The position numbers and the translations under genes are program-made. From a virus, in the IMG/VR virus record IMGVR_UViG_3300042888_000160, positions 1 through 64,000 of that record: a stretch of 64,000 nt of DNA. One strand, written 5' to 3'. The notes beneath the pieces were generated by a model. It had not been told where the DNA came from. It searched no databases and worked only from the letters and a program-made list of their open reading frames with translations. Below, one piece after another: positions 36,801 to 50,500 of the stretch; position 1 is the stretch's first letter; the number at the start of each line of letters is the position of its first letter.

Positions 36801-38539
36801 TTACCCACATCAATCATTGGAGCAAAGTCAAGCTTCATATGTAGCTGACGAATAGCTCTAGACAATTGTTTTAACTGTTCATTCTTATTAAACTTATCTT
36901 CAGGATCTACATACACTTTGTACATACGATTATACTCATTGCGTAGCTGTCTTAACAATGTATCAATCTCTTGATTGCCAGTAGACTCAGTGTCTAATGC
37001 AACAGGTAATAAGAAGATGTTTGTTTCACTAGCACTGTCAAGCTTACCCACTTGAATAGAGTTCATCACTAATGGACTCTTCTTATCTCCTGGAATCTGA
37101 CGACCATAGTTTGCAATGAAAGGAACCATTCGAGTCTTTCTCAATTGACTAGGGTTCACACCATAGTTATAAGCCATTTGTGCATAGTCACCCATCTGAC
37201 CTTTCCATGGTTTTATTTTAAACCAAGGAATATCATCAGCTTTCTTTGCATCAATGCTTGTAAACTTCCAGTCAAGAATATCTACCCTAGCATCCTTTGT
37301 ACCATCTTTCTTAGTGATAGGTTCAATTGCAATAAAGTCAATTTTAGATGCTCGCATCCCTTTGACTTTCTTATTAACTACTTTCTTCTCAACAAGGAAT
37401 CTAGTTCCTTCAGGATAAGAGTTAATTAACCCAGTGGCAAACTGTTCAATAACAACTCTAACTTCTGGAGATAGTGATGTAGGAATATTTACCTTCTCAG
37501 GAACTGCACGTTTGTATCCAAGTTTATCAATCAATGACTCACGCATGAAATCTTCAATGTAATCATGCCCAGCTGTTCCCCAATCCTTTTTATAGTTGTC
37601 ATCAATCTTATCTTCAGCACTTCTTTCAAATGGAGGTTCATCACCTTTCACATACTCTGTTGTACTTTCTTTTACTTCAGTACCATCGTATATGTAGTGA
37701 CGTTTCTTTCCTGTTCCCTTCTCAGCATCGTAATCAGGAGTTTCAGGAACGTATTCTATTTTCTCATCTTCAGCAACATACTTGTCATATATACTATCAA
37801 CTGCTTGGTTTTCCTCAGCCTTCTGGAAGAATACATCACCACCAACTAAATCAGCAACTGTACCAATGTTACCATAAAGAATAGAACGTTTTGCTTCTTG
37901 GAACACATCCACCTTAGACTTTGCATAAAGATCTCTAATGTACTGAAGAATAGTATCCCACCAGCTACGAACCATATCAACTACACCAGGATCCTCAATC
38001 TCTGGGAAGTCCTCAATGTTTTGACCTTCATTTACAATAAGCTCAGAGATCAACTTATCAGCAGCCTCTTTCTTTATCTTACGAATGTTAGGCTTACCAT
38101 TAACTTGATATCTTGGATCGTTCTTATACTTCTCAAATGTATCTTGATATATCTGATACTTACCAATCTTAGAAATGATTGCTGTAATTAGTTCAGGATT
38201 AGTTTGTTCTAGAATAGCTGTACTGATGTGTACAAATTCTTCTACGACAGCAGCATCTTCTTTACCTTCAGCCAAAGCAATGACACCCTTAACAGTATCA
38301 GCTAGACCATTAATACCTGTAATATCCAAACCTGCATCTTTCGCATAATCAGAAAGTCCCATGAAGGAGATTCCCATTTGTTTAGCAGCGTTCTCTATTA
38401 CACTGGTGGTATTTTCTAGCTCATCCATAAAAGGGATTTCACCATCGTACATATCCCATAAAGAATATGCAACGTCCTCTCCTTCTCTAGCAACTAAAGA
38501 TTTCCAAGACTCTGAACTTTTATTAGGACAAACTGCCAT
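33809..38539 (-). CDS. Large ejected virion protein with PD-(D/E)xK nuclease-like domain
   Basis: WGTAGHDYIE, FLVE, SKIDF, ILDWK, QMGDY; degenerate EEFVH; hydrophobic C-terminal segment; directly after RNAP. Confidence 0.7.
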   Translation of the reverse strand: MAVCPNKSSESWKSLVAREGEDVAYSLWDMYDGEIPFMDELENTTSVIENAAKQMGISFMGLSDYAKDAGLDITGINGLADTVKGVIALAEGKEDAAVVEEFVHISTAILEQTNPELITAIISKIGKYQIYQDTFEKYKNDPRYQVNGKPNIRKIKKEAADKLISELIVNEGQNIEDFPEIEDPGVVDMVRSWWDTILQYIRDLYAKSKVDVFQEAKRSILYGNIGTVADLVGGDVFFQKAEENQAVDSIYDKYVAEDEKIEYVPETPDYDAEKGTGKKRHYIYDGTEVKESTTEYVKGDEPPFERSAEDKIDDNYKKDWGTAGHDYIEDFMRESLIDKLGYKRAVPEKVNIPTSLSPEVRVVIEQFATGLINSYPEGTRFLVEKKVVNKKVKGMRASKIDFIAIEPITKKDGTKDARVDILDWKFTSIDAKKADDIPWFKIKPWKGQMGDYAQMAYNYGVNPSQLRKTRMVPFIANYGRQIPGDKKSPLVMNSIQVGKLDSASETNIFLLPVALDTESTGNQEIDTLLRQLRNEYNRMYKVYVDPEDKFNKNEQLKQLSRAIRQLHMKLDFAPMIDVGNTFLMNAAESFKSFEDINYDLMNQEQIEGLLGNLQQFKKGSDAFKSLDSIFISMYPNRSGMTQESKDLLQSLEHIASMAKRMQTRIAELEKEYVSWLFIKEGFATEDTVKNVLAPDLELERLTRTFLEGSDLSSTTIQLATKLIKRSKSVVAQDAADLTRQYGEILTELIKDADAAGKSPFDMIGKVTENDLQLIEKLDKDFIKKVYEAKEKGDLQFLKDNMDVESYMESANKLIEKQLKDADLTQYSTDPEENENIRAYRKTKIRDSLDITRPTFNGFEDYDFGRFFNENVKEEGHYSKDFLEMSKTPSAIKMWKFFQALNDEAKDAGYIMKSLSFFPLMEATTIDKVAQSNNVLAEGKEFFDDLYTVDVDENLQYSRLDENGQVKREIPKRFTRSNKAIHRLSRDLTKVGPEWIKAVLNYRATKNLENTLNVIHSFEKTRGVVEIDPVNKSVVMEGGQPKINYEKTTNATALGAIVDDHTYGIREDESSLGNILLNGVTDKLTDDNETKEKRKASSRKVIKNSASYMQTLVLGWRATVAIPNYMGNNMQAYINASGVYYPGEFKKNSFKITTGFASNEDKALLNLIMPLQEDIAKEMQRTLAKEQGIVKTIGTWTFQDVMMAMSSWPDRQLEYANAMSFNQNSMIVDGKIVSIPQYVAAQDRLVKYKMTESERKELEKTYDARVAELKETSSLYKVADFGENGKVTLPGVSKEELADYRVRIQDHMRKINGKMSDDDRSAASRDTILNSFMMFRKWIPKQIGVRTLGLRKNATTGNWEYGRSRAFLKVWSHLGKSTITKMRDIITGSDEGLRILDEMLIAKKQEYFRKTGKELEITKEEFYDMMRKELSNQMKELGLLLSVMSLALTAAVLAPDDDEDQLTKNRYKYFLKLVNKTSDEVSFYYNPLSFEQVTNGSLLPQLGLLTKALKLINAVGVEGYAWAADDQELMDKNYTLKYVFDPVVGLSQVERDIIPLLYPDLAKELGIITTSQARQGR

Positions 38540-38540
38540 C

Positions 38541-41500
38541 TTAACAATTGTTATATTTTAATTCCTTAACTAGCTTACCTCTTTCTTGGTGATACTTTCT
38601 GATCTGTGCAAATGTTTGAGGAGTAGCTTTACCTGCAGATATTAAGTCTGTAGCTTCTTCAATCTTTCTATCAAGCTCCATGACACGAGGATCATTAGCA
38701 ATACCAGCTTCTATAGCATCGTTTGATGTAATCTGATCATCATCAGCAATGTCTAACAAAGATAATGAATTTGACATATCATTAACACTAGCACGACGAT
38801 CTCCTATAACTGGATTGATTATAGTCATGATTTGTTTATCTGTTTTCTCATCAACAGGAACAAATCCATTATCAATTACAGACTTTCTTCCAGTGGTGTA
38901 GAACTCGTTTGCATTACTAGCTTGTCCCCAAGCATTAATCATCTTGTACACATAAGAGTATCTTCCATTGTATGAATCATACATTACAGGCTCACCATCC
39001 TCATATACCTTTCTGAATAATCCTTTCTTAATGTAAGAGTAATCACCATTCTTACGCATCTCTTTCTTGATAGCTTTATCACGCTTCCAGTTCTTATGCA
39101 TCTTCTCTTCCCAAGAGTACACAATGACATCACGATTAGATCCTTCAGAACCAAGACTAACATTCAACATCTGTGGAATCTCATTATTATCAATAGCTGT
39201 CTGAATGTCTTTGTTATTACCAATAAACCACATAGGCATATTGTAGAAGTACTTTTTCTTCTTCTTGCTAAAGATTAACTGAGCTTTCAAGTTAGGAGTA
39301 AATCTACTATCATTCCAGTTATTTCTATTAAGAACAGCTTCATCATAGAAAGCTTCAATACCATCCATATTGTCAATTGTAGATAACACCTCACTATATA
39401 CAGCTGTGAAATCATTGTATGGTAATAAACTTGTAAATGAAATACCTGACTGAGATAAACCAGATTGCAATACAGATACACCTACAAGATTTTTATAGAA
39501 TGTTTTTCCTGACACACCATATACTTTAGGAACTCCATATAAGTAATCTCTCAACTCTTCAAAAGCAAAGATGACTTGGTTTTGATCATACACCTTATTG
39601 TCTTTGTTCTTAAGCTTCAAGTTCTTGACAGCATTATCTCTACCAGATGAATCATCAGCTACCATCATCTTGATGATCTCATTATTATACAATGGGTGTT
39701 TAGGATTAGCTAACACATCGTTCTTAAACATCATGAAGAACCTAGGGAAGTTATATCCATTGTCTATCAAGATGCGTTGAATAGTTTCATTCCATGCTTG
39801 CTTAGTACCATTTGTATTTGTTTGAACAGCCCAGTCAAAGATATCATTAACAGCCTTCTGTGAAATCTTCATGAAGTCTCTGTCATTTGTATCAACATAT
39901 GGTAATAAAACTTTCTGCAACACACCTCTAATTTTAGATCTATCAGATATTAATATCTCAGCCATTGCATTACGCAAGTCATTTAACCTCTTAGATAGTG
40001 TTCCTAAGAAAGAGTTCTTTAACAACTTATCTGGAGAAGAGATTATTGTTTGTCTTGCATTCTTTAACTGCTCATCTTTCTTGAAGATCATGTATGGATC
40101 GCTAAACGCAGCTGTATCAAAGTTTGTACCTTGAGTAACTTTATACAAATGATTAGCCATCTTAGCATACTTCAAGAACTCAAGTAACATAAACACTTGC
40201 ATGTTTCTACCATCACTGCTATTGAAATAATCATTGCCACCTTTGATATACTCTTTCAACTTAGTATTAGATGGAATCTCTTTCATAGATAGTACAGCAT
40301 CCTTATCAAAGTCAGGCAGTATATCATTTAGAATTCTACTGTTAAATAACCAAGTTTTGTTATTGACTTGAAGACTATTTAAATAGCTACGAATCAATGG
40401 TTGATTCATGAAGTAGACAACTGTATCAATAGGTACACCAATCTTAGCTAAGAACATATATGTTCCTGCTACATCTGGAGTAGCACCTAAGTCCATAATC
40501 CATGCACCTTTTGCAATATCTACGTAACCATCAATGAACTGTCCTAAGATATCAGAGATGTATTCACCAACTTTGTTCTTGATTCCAGATAGACTAACTA
40601 CCATCTTGTCACCAACCTGAACTCTGTTTACGTTCTTGAATTTAACTTCACCATCTCCTAACCAAGGTCTATCATCCACTGGAACATTCTTTAGCATCTC
40701 TAGATCAAGATACATTGTTCCACGTTGGTTTAATGAGTGGTTAGTTTGAGCTACAGCAGCAATACCAATTGCATACTTACCTACAACAAAATCATGACGT
40801 AACTTAGACATGAACGCTCTGCTAAGCATAGCCCCTGTTGTAGCGTTATCTGACTCAGGTAATCCACGCAACTTAAGAATCTCCTTAGATAAATCTTTTA
40901 ATTGTTTAGCAGAGTTAGGTTTAACTAACTGATCAAAGTTCTCTTTACTAGATGCCAAGTTCTGAGAAGACTGAATGTATGCATTTTGTAATGCACTCTT
41001 GTATGCTTTATCAATAAACTTATCTTTCTTAGCAAATAAGTTTTCTTGCTTAAACATTAACTTGTCTTCAATATCTCTTGTAGATGATTCGTAATCAGTA
41101 TCATAATCCTCATCCTCAGACAATGCAAGTTTTTCTAATTGCTTTCTGATAAAGAAGTCTTCACTAGCAGACAACTGATCAAACACCTTAGCATAGTATT
41201 CCTTAGTAGCTTTCTCAGATCCTTTAAGTCTGAACATCTCTGGCTTACCATCTAGATTAGTGAACACAGACTTGAAGTACATGTTCAACTTGTCAATATC
41301 AAAGTCAGATCCTGCTTTCTTAACTAACGCTGCAGGAACTACTACTGAGTCACCAAACTCTTTAGGTAGGAATTGTTTAATAACAAAGCTATCGATAGAG
41401 TTTTGTTTCTGTGTAGGGATACGATATGCAAGTCCTGATAATATCTCTTGACCTTCTGGAGTGGTGTTTAAATACTTTAACAACTCACGATCAGTCATAG

Positions 41501-44500
41501 AGCTATTGAACCAACGTCCAACCATCATCTCACACACTCGCTTACCATCCTTCTCGTAGAAATTCAATACATTAGATGTGTATGCTTCTTTCTTTCCTAC
41601 TTTAGTTACAGTAACTTCATTCTCTTCAAGGAGTCTAGAAGGAATCTGTACCTTCATACCACCTGAAATCTTAGGAGAAATTACATGGCTATCAGCAATA
41701 GAATATAGAATGTTTCTAATTTGTTGATATGCAGGAGTAGCCTCAAGGATAACTTGACCTTTCTCAAATCCTTTCAATGCATCAGAGATGTTCTTATTAA
41801 CCTCTCTCTTTAACATCTCAGTCTGTAAAGTCTTAGCAGCCTTATCAGGATATTTCATTTCCCAACCACCATCAATTTCAACAATACCCAAAGCACTTAA
41901 TAACTCATTGTACCCATTATCAATGATGTCATTTAATAAGTTCTCATTAGTCTTTATCTCTTTATATAAAGGAGATGCTTCCTGTCTAGCTTCTTCACTC
42001 TTTATATTATTCCAAGCTTTATATCTTTCAACAAATTCTTTGTCTGCTAAGAAGTCAACAGGTACACCATTGTCCATAAAGTCAAGGGTGATTAACTTAG
42101 TGTTCTGAGAACCACGAGTTACCAATGGTGTATCTTTAGAAGGTACATCAGTCTGAGTTGATATGATAGACATTGGAATGTTTACAATATCATGGAATGG
42201 CTCTTCGTTAAATTGTCCTTCTGAATACAAAGCGTTAGTAGTTCCTTCATAGTTACCCACCTTTCTACCAGTTGCATATACAGCATAGTCAACATCTTCT
42301 TTAATCATCTTCTCATACATCTTGAGAAGGTTAGAGCTTTTCTTTTCTGTTGCAGCTCCTTTATTAATTTGCTTAGCTAGTCTGTATGAAATAGGATAAA
42401 GGGCAAACTTATCTAATACAACATCATTGTATGTAAGCTCTTCATCAAATCTGTTACCAGCTACACTAGGCTTGATAGGAGTGTATGCACTTTGAATTCC
42501 TGGGTTCTTCTTCTCAAACTCGTCAAGCTCTGTTTCAGACACTCCAGATTTATCAAGTTCTTCATATGCTATATCATGACGATATTGAACTTCATCAGTA
42601 GTCATATCCCAGTTACCCTCACGAATTCTGTAGTTACGATATGCTTTAAGATTAATGATACCTGCACCATCTGTCTCTTCAAAGATATCCTCCTCTTCAT
42701 TATATCCAGGTAGATCTTGTACAGACTTAACATCATCAAGTGAAATACTTGTAAAGTAATCTCGTGTAAAGTCAGTATAGCCAGCATCACCAGGTTGGAA
42801 TCCTTCATTCCATATACGTTGCATTGCAGCATTCATCTCTGCAGATCCATTCATCAATGGTTGACGTGGAGAGTTAAAGTTCTTGATACGCTTCAACTCA
42901 TCTTTGTATTGATAAGGGTCAGAGTACATGATCTTGTGTAACTCAATGTTAGCAATCATGTAGTTAGCAGCAAAGCCTAACATAGCTCTATCCAATTCAA
43001 ATGAAGTCATATCATCTGATCCAGGAATATCAATGCTACTCATGTCAAAGTTATCTGTAGGAATACCATCTTCGATAACTGTATTAATGATACCATTTCT
43101 AGATAGAAGAACTTTAGTAATCTCAGCTTCGTCTGAGATATACTTATCAACAGCTGCCTCAATCTTAGATTGGTAATCTTTATATGTATCTTCAGCTGAC
43201 TTCTCAGATGCAATGATTTGATCATGTAAGTCTTTACCTAATATCTCTTTAAAGAAACGTAGGTCTGAAGTTTTACGAGTCTCTTTCTTATCTTGAACAA
43301 TACGACGACCTTCTTTAGCTAGATTAAACTCATCAATAAAGTATCCTCTAAAGATTGCATTAGCTCTAGCTTTGATAGCGTCAGATGTTAATGCAAGCTC
43401 AGTGTTAGTAAAGTTGATAGGTAAGCCCATCTCAACCATGTGTTCCATTGAAGCATCGCCTGGTACTAAGTTCAAGTAGAATCCTTTAGCATTCAGGTTC
43501 ATCTCTTGCAACAAACGTTGAGAGTATTTCAAACGAGATGATGATGTATTCTTACCAGCACCAACACTAACAATACCATCAGCGTATCCTATAGAGAATA
43601 CATTCTCAGATATTTCCTTCTTCTCACCAGTCTCTCTATCAAACATCTCATTAACAATGTATGAGTTTTGTGAGAATGAGTCAGTCAATAGATAAGAGAA
43701 CTTAGTATCTGCTAGCTCGCTCAAGTTACTAATGTTATTAAGAGCATCCATCAAATCAGTCATTGGGTTTGTACCAATGTATGTTTGCACACGCTCACCA
43801 TTAACATTGTAATATGTAGAGCTGAATTCAGGATTGTCCATCTTAGCTTGAACCTGAGCTAATTGTAATAAGTCTCCATCAATATCTAATGTTCTACCAT
43901 CAACTGACATAAACTTATTAGCTGAATTAATACCCTTACGAATATTAGCTACAGCATTATTAAACGCTACTTGTTCTCTAGGAGAGCTTTCAAACAACTT
44001 CTCTAACTTATCTTGTTTGAACTCAATGCCTAATTGCTTTAATAATGCAAGACGCTTCTCTAAAGTATCAATCTTCAATCGAGCAGGACTACCTTCTTTA
44101 CCATAGTAAGCTGCAGTCTTTCTACCATCAGCATCAGTAGTTGTCTTCAATTCAAAGAATCTATTATCGCTACGAACTACACTTTTAATTCCATTAATGT
44201 AATCAAAACGAATATCTCTAGCTGCTGTACTAAAGTTTGAATCACCAATAACAACATCACCATTAGCCAATAAGAATAAGTTCTTAACAACTGGGTTAGC
44301 TGTTTTGAATGTTCTCCAGAAAGAGTTAACTAATTCAACATCAGCCATTGTCTTTATATTAGGGAACCCTTGGTTCTCCTCAGTGAGATCATCATTCTTA
44401 GTGATACGTCTGTAGATAGGAGCAAAGCGAACATCAGCTAATGCCATCTTACGTACCTCTTCCATCATCTGATCAATTGTAGTAGCTGTGCTAATCTTGT

Positions 44501-47500
44501 TTAACAAAGCCATACGAATCTCAGATACAGGAATAAGTGTAGCACCATTCAGTGATGAGAACTTAAACTCACCTGGTTTATCTGGATTAGGATAAGGAAT
44601 AGATGCTAATAATAACTTGATCTCAGAATTAGCTTTCTTAAACAAGTCAATCTTGTTAGCAGCATCATATAGATCTTTACCAGATCTATCTTCATCGTTA
44701 AGAACTAATGCATCATTCTCATCAAACGTAATGTTATAAGCTGTGATCTTCTCCTCGTATTGCTCAATGATGTGTTCCCAAGTTTCGTTATTGGTTGTTA
44801 ACTCATCATGCATTGCTAATGCTTTGCCATACATTGAGTCTGCTTGTTCTTGAGTTAATGTACCATTAGCAAGACCATCTTCAGCAGCAAGTCCTGATAA
44901 TAAGATTCTACGATCTAAATCATCACGTAGGTATTGATATAACTCTCTCTTGTTTTTAGGATTGAATGCATTATCTAGGTTACCATTTCTGTTAACCAAG
45001 TCAGTAACAGTTCTGTACAACATGTGTTGAACAGCATCATTGATATTACCTGATGAAAAGATAGAACGTAGAGCAGCATCATCTGGAATAAGCACTTGTT
45101 CAATATCAATCAATCCTTTCTGAGAGTATGCTAGTTCACTATTGAATGGAGTGAACTGATTAAAGTAACCTCCACCAATCTTATTGAACAATGTTTCTGT
45201 ATTGCTATTTGACTTAGGACCTGTAAAGAACTCTTTGATAAATGATACCAAATCATCAAACAAACGAGCAATGAATGACATACCTGATTGATTCTTAACA
45301 GGACGCTTACCATCATTAACAAAGTCTCTAAACTCTTCTGCTAGTTCTTCTTCAAGCTGTTCAGGAGTTGCTTCAGAGTACTTAACTTCTTTGCCTGTGT
45401 TTCTATCTGTGAATGATCCTGAACGTCCTTTGAATTCATTGATTACATCTTGAACCTCTTTAGGGTCAGCAAACATTCTCCACACTGCATGGAACACCTC
45501 ATGATAAACTGTACCAAGTTCTGCATCTGCATAGATGTAGATAGCACCATCAGAGAACATACCCCAAGCCTGACGACCATTGGTACTTCTCAATACATTC
45601 TTAACACGATATACAGGAACGTTTGCAAAATTAGCTTTCAACCAAGCTTCTACATCATTCCAGTTCTCTGGTTTGAATGCTTTCAATTGATTACTAATGA
45701 TTTGACGCATTGCTGCATTGTTCGTACCACTCTGACGCATAGCTGCAATAATGTCTGCAGCACTCTTCATAGAAGATTTAGATACAGGCGTAGGAGCTAC
45801 AGCATCAGCTTGAGCTACAACAGGTGCTGCAACTGGTGCAGGAGCTGTAGGAGCAGGCTGTGGTGTAAATGCTTCTTTAACTGTTTGGAAGATCTTATTA
45901 GCAATAGCTCGCTCAGCTTGGTCCAATGAAATGTTCATTGCAATTGCTAAGTCTTGAGTAACTTGATCATTCTCAGGAAGACCTAAGTTATTAGCTTCAT
46001 CAATTGTATAACTAGCTTGACCAATCAATGTACCATTTGGTAACTTGATGTCAATAGTATTCATTGTAACACCATCACGTACAATACTTGTAGAGCTAGT
46101 AGCTATTTGTGGTAACTGTTGTGTAGGTGCTGCAGGAGCTGGTGTGATAACTAATGGTCCTGGTGCTGGTTGAGGTGCAGCAGTAACTACTGGCTGATTA
46201 GCCACAGCAGTTTCAAACTGAGTCTTGTTACCAGTTAATGTAAAGTAGTGACCCACCATGTTAACATCGTCATCACCTTTTAGTGGGCGAATGTTTGTTG
46301 TAAATGGAACCTCACTTGCTTCTCTACCTTTACCTGACAATAAGAACGTTTGATAGTTTGGCCATGAACCAGAAACTTTTGAATTTGGAAAGTCTTTACT
46401 AACGTCACGCGTTACTATCTGACCATTCTTGAATCCAATAATCTCTTCGTATGGTTCTGTGATCAACTTAGGATCATTCAGACGACGAGCATTAGCATTG
46501 AAGTACATGTTCTCCAATAGCGTAATGATAGAATCTTTGTTAGCTTCTAATGAATCTGGATCAAAGCTAAAGTTACCATCTTTACCAGACATGAATAATC
46601 TTAACTCAGATACATTTGTTCCTGGTACAGTTACTCTCTCAAACCAGATACTATTGAATCCACCTTTCTCTCTTGGCTTACCCCAATATGCAACACTACG
46701 TAACCATGAAACTACACGCTTACTTTGCTCATCCTTGATAGTTCCATTCTCAAACATATTGTTTGATAAGAACTTGATTCCTTCAAAGATAGTGTTTGCT
46801 TCTTTGTTGCTGTACTTTCTTGCATTAAGCTTAATGTATCCTTTCGCTAAGTTTAAGAATACACGACCCATGGCTTTCTCAAACCTTGTTGTACCTTTCT
46901 CAGCAGGAGTATCAGTTGTATGTACATACATAGTTTGCTTACTATTCATGTCACTGTCTGAAATCAATCCAGAATCAACAACAGGAACTGTAGCACTATA
47001 GTCTCTTTCTGAAGACTTACCATCTTCTGACAATACTTGTACATAATCAGGAACACCAAACGATGTAGCAAACCCAATAGGATTTATATCTGTATTCTCA
47101 AACTGTTCTTTTCTCCAAGCTTTGTATTCTTTTGCAAGAGCATCGATAGTTGTTTGAGGTGTACCATCTCTGAACAATCTAGGAAGAGTTTCATTAGTAG
47201 GCATTGTTTGGAAAATAGCATTCTCAAACGATGGGTTCTCTAATGGAAGTCCATCTACACCAACTGGTCTACCCTTCTTATCTGTAATGACAACTGCAAT
47301 AACTGTTTCTGGTTTGATATCAGTACCTACTAAACCATCTTGTATTAAAGTTGGCATACCAAGCTTAGCTTGATTGTTAACAGTAACTACAACAGCACGT
47401 AGGTTCTTGATTCTCTCAGGAGACATTCTGTATGCGAACTCATTTGCACGTATCTGATTTGCTTTAAGTTCACCAGCTGTTTTCTTAGAAGGATTGATAG

Positions 47501-50500
47501 TTGATAATACAACTTGCAACCAACTCTTTTTAGGATCAGGTTGATAAACTTTATCAGCAGGATTACTGTTCTCGACATCTTTACCCTGTGTACCTAACAC
47601 TTGAGCAATTAACTTCTCATCACTTCTTAACTTATTCTCACGAGTTTTTCTTTTTACATATTCGTCAGCAATCTGTTTGAAACGATTAAGAACTTCATCT
47701 TTAGCCTTCAATTGCTTCTTTAATTGAAACAACTTATCTACAGCTTTAGAGATCTCAGCATTGATTTCATCAATCTGTTTCTCTCTAGGGATAACTTCAA
47801 TCTCATCAAGATCAGCAATCTCTCTATCAAAATTTGCTAAGTCATCTAACAATGCACCACTAACAGCAGTGTATGGAAGTAACTTCTCTGCTTCTGATGT
47901 AGGAGTTACATCCTTCTGACGATTAGTATCTTCAATGTTCTTGTTTAAGAAGTCACGCAGTTCGTTCTGTCCAAATGGTAGATCAGGATACTTAGCAGCA
48001 AACTTGTCAATGATATCACGAACAAACTCAACAGCTACATCTAGAGCACCTTGAATATCTTTAAGGATTGATTGTAGTACAGATATATTCTCCTTAGTCT
48101 CTTCAACTAAGTATTCAATCTCATCACGTTCTTTCTGAAGCTCAGCTAAGAACTCATTACTTGACGTAGAGTATTCCCCAAGCTTATCATAAAGCTCAGT
48201 GATATAATCTAAGTTAAGTTCTGTCTGCTCTAATTCATTCTCAAGAGATTGTATCTCTAAGATTAATGAATCTTGAATCTTAGACAAACGCTTAACAGCT
48301 TTGATTGCGTTCTTAGTAATAGCCTTGAACTTCTTAGCTTTAGTGTATTCAGGATTGTTAGCTTTCTCTTGAGCATCTTTAAGCTCAGCTTGTGTCTTTT
48401 CTAACTGCTCAGTTCTTGAAGCAATTAACTCTTTAGTCTTAGCAAGATTCTCAGAAGCTTCGTTATATAACGCCTCAATCACATTACCTCTATTAGCTAA
48501 TGTAGCTTCAAGATTCTTTTGTAACTGACCAGACTTTTTAGCTTTGTTGTAGTCAGCTGTATCTTCTGCAGTTAGCTCACGACCAAAGGAGAATATACCT
48601 TCTTTGAAACCTTCCTTAGCTTGGAATGATTCTTGTGTAATATCAATAGTGCTAATCTTACCCTTGTCAGTTTTATATACAAACGTAAGTTTATCTGCTT
48701 TAGAATCATAACTTATTCTACCAGCTTGTTTACCACCTTTAGCTTTACCCCTATTCCAATAAGCTACTGTATTAATGTTACGTAGATAGAAACTAGCATT
48801 AGGATTCTTATCTGTATCAGATACCTTACCTAACTTGTAGTCAGATAATTCATCTTTAGAAACATCTCTAACTCTACCATTAGATGTTTGGATCTTGATA
48901 GTGCCATCCTCATTCTCACCTAGAATAGTAAGCTTAGGAAAACGATATACTTCTTTACCATTCTTGTCGTATTCTGTTACTTTACCAAGATAGTATTCTG
49001 TACCAACTTCTAAATTCTCTTCACCATCTTTAGTCTTAACTGAAACCTTTGCTTTAACATCACCTTCTGGTGCAACATTAGTAACGTCTTCAGCAAATGT
49101 TTCAGGAGAACTAAACATTTCGTTCTGCTCTTTGATAGCTGCCTTCTTACGTAACTGGATCTCAGATACATCTTGAAGTTTAGTTAACAAATCTTCTTTT
49201 ACAAAATCACCTTCTAAAATACCAATGATCTTGTCTGCTTGCTTATCAATAGCTGCTGTTACTTCTTCTGGAGTAGCATCATTATTAATAGCATCTAAGA
49301 TGTCAGATACAACAATACCTTTATTTCCTAAATCATCTTGAAGAGCTTTAGAACGTTCAGTGTAATCAGCAATCTTTGCTGTGCTATAAACTAATTTATT
49401 AACTAAGTTAGATGAATACTTTCTGATAGGTTGTTTGTTACTATCAAGAATAGGTTTACCATTCTCATCTTTCAATATCTCACCACCTAACTTCTGGTTT
49501 AATTGATTGTAACTCTTCTCAACAAGATTAGCTGTATTCTCAACATTTTGTAAACGAGCTAATAATTTCTTACGTCCTTCTTCAATACTATCAACCTCAC
49601 TAGCATAACCACCCTCAATCAATTGTTGGAAACCTTCATCAGTAAGAGCTTGCTCTCTAACAGATTTAACTTCTTCCATGACAGCATTCTTACCAGCATA
49701 CTTAATACGAGGCAAGAGGTATCCTAACATGTAATCTGATTCAAGATCTTTTTCTTCTAAAACATCACCTACACGAATAGCTTGATCTCTCATAATCTGA
49801 GTCATAGCAGATCTATCCATGAACTCTTTCATTTCCTTAAGTTTCTCAACAAAAGGAACTTTGTTCCATGCAGCAATAGTTTCGTTTCTTAACTTACCTT
49901 CTGCACCACCATATCCAAATACACCACGCTCAGCAATCTCTCCTGTTCTACCAGCAGTAAAGATACCTGATGTCATCATTGCTCCAGATAAACCACCAAT
50001 CAAAATGCTCTCTAAACCTTCATTAGATGTAAGAGTTTCTTTAATACCTTTACCAAGAACACCTTGCCCTCCAGGAGCTAATAGTCCTGCAAGGTCACTA
50101 TACCAAGCATCCTCTTTATTGTAATCAGCTCTACTGAAATAATTAGATGTACCTTTCTCAATAGCATATTGCATACCTTCTTCAAATGCTTCAGCAGGAT
50201 TAAATAGTAAAGATGCACCTTTGTATGTACCATACAACATCTTACCAAGACGACCTTGTGGTAATGCACTAGCCCATTTATTTCCTTTAAAAAGAACATT
50301 ATTTAATTCTGTTCTTGCTCCTGAAAAGCTAGAACCAAATATTTTAGGAAGTTGAATATTGTTTGTTGCAGTTAACAATGCCATGTTTAATCCAAATGTA
50401 GCACTACTTATACGATCTGCTGTATCAATAATTTGAGCTTTCTCATTTGCATTAGGCTCTCTACCATATGTTTGTCTAAATACATCAAGACCTGTAGCTA

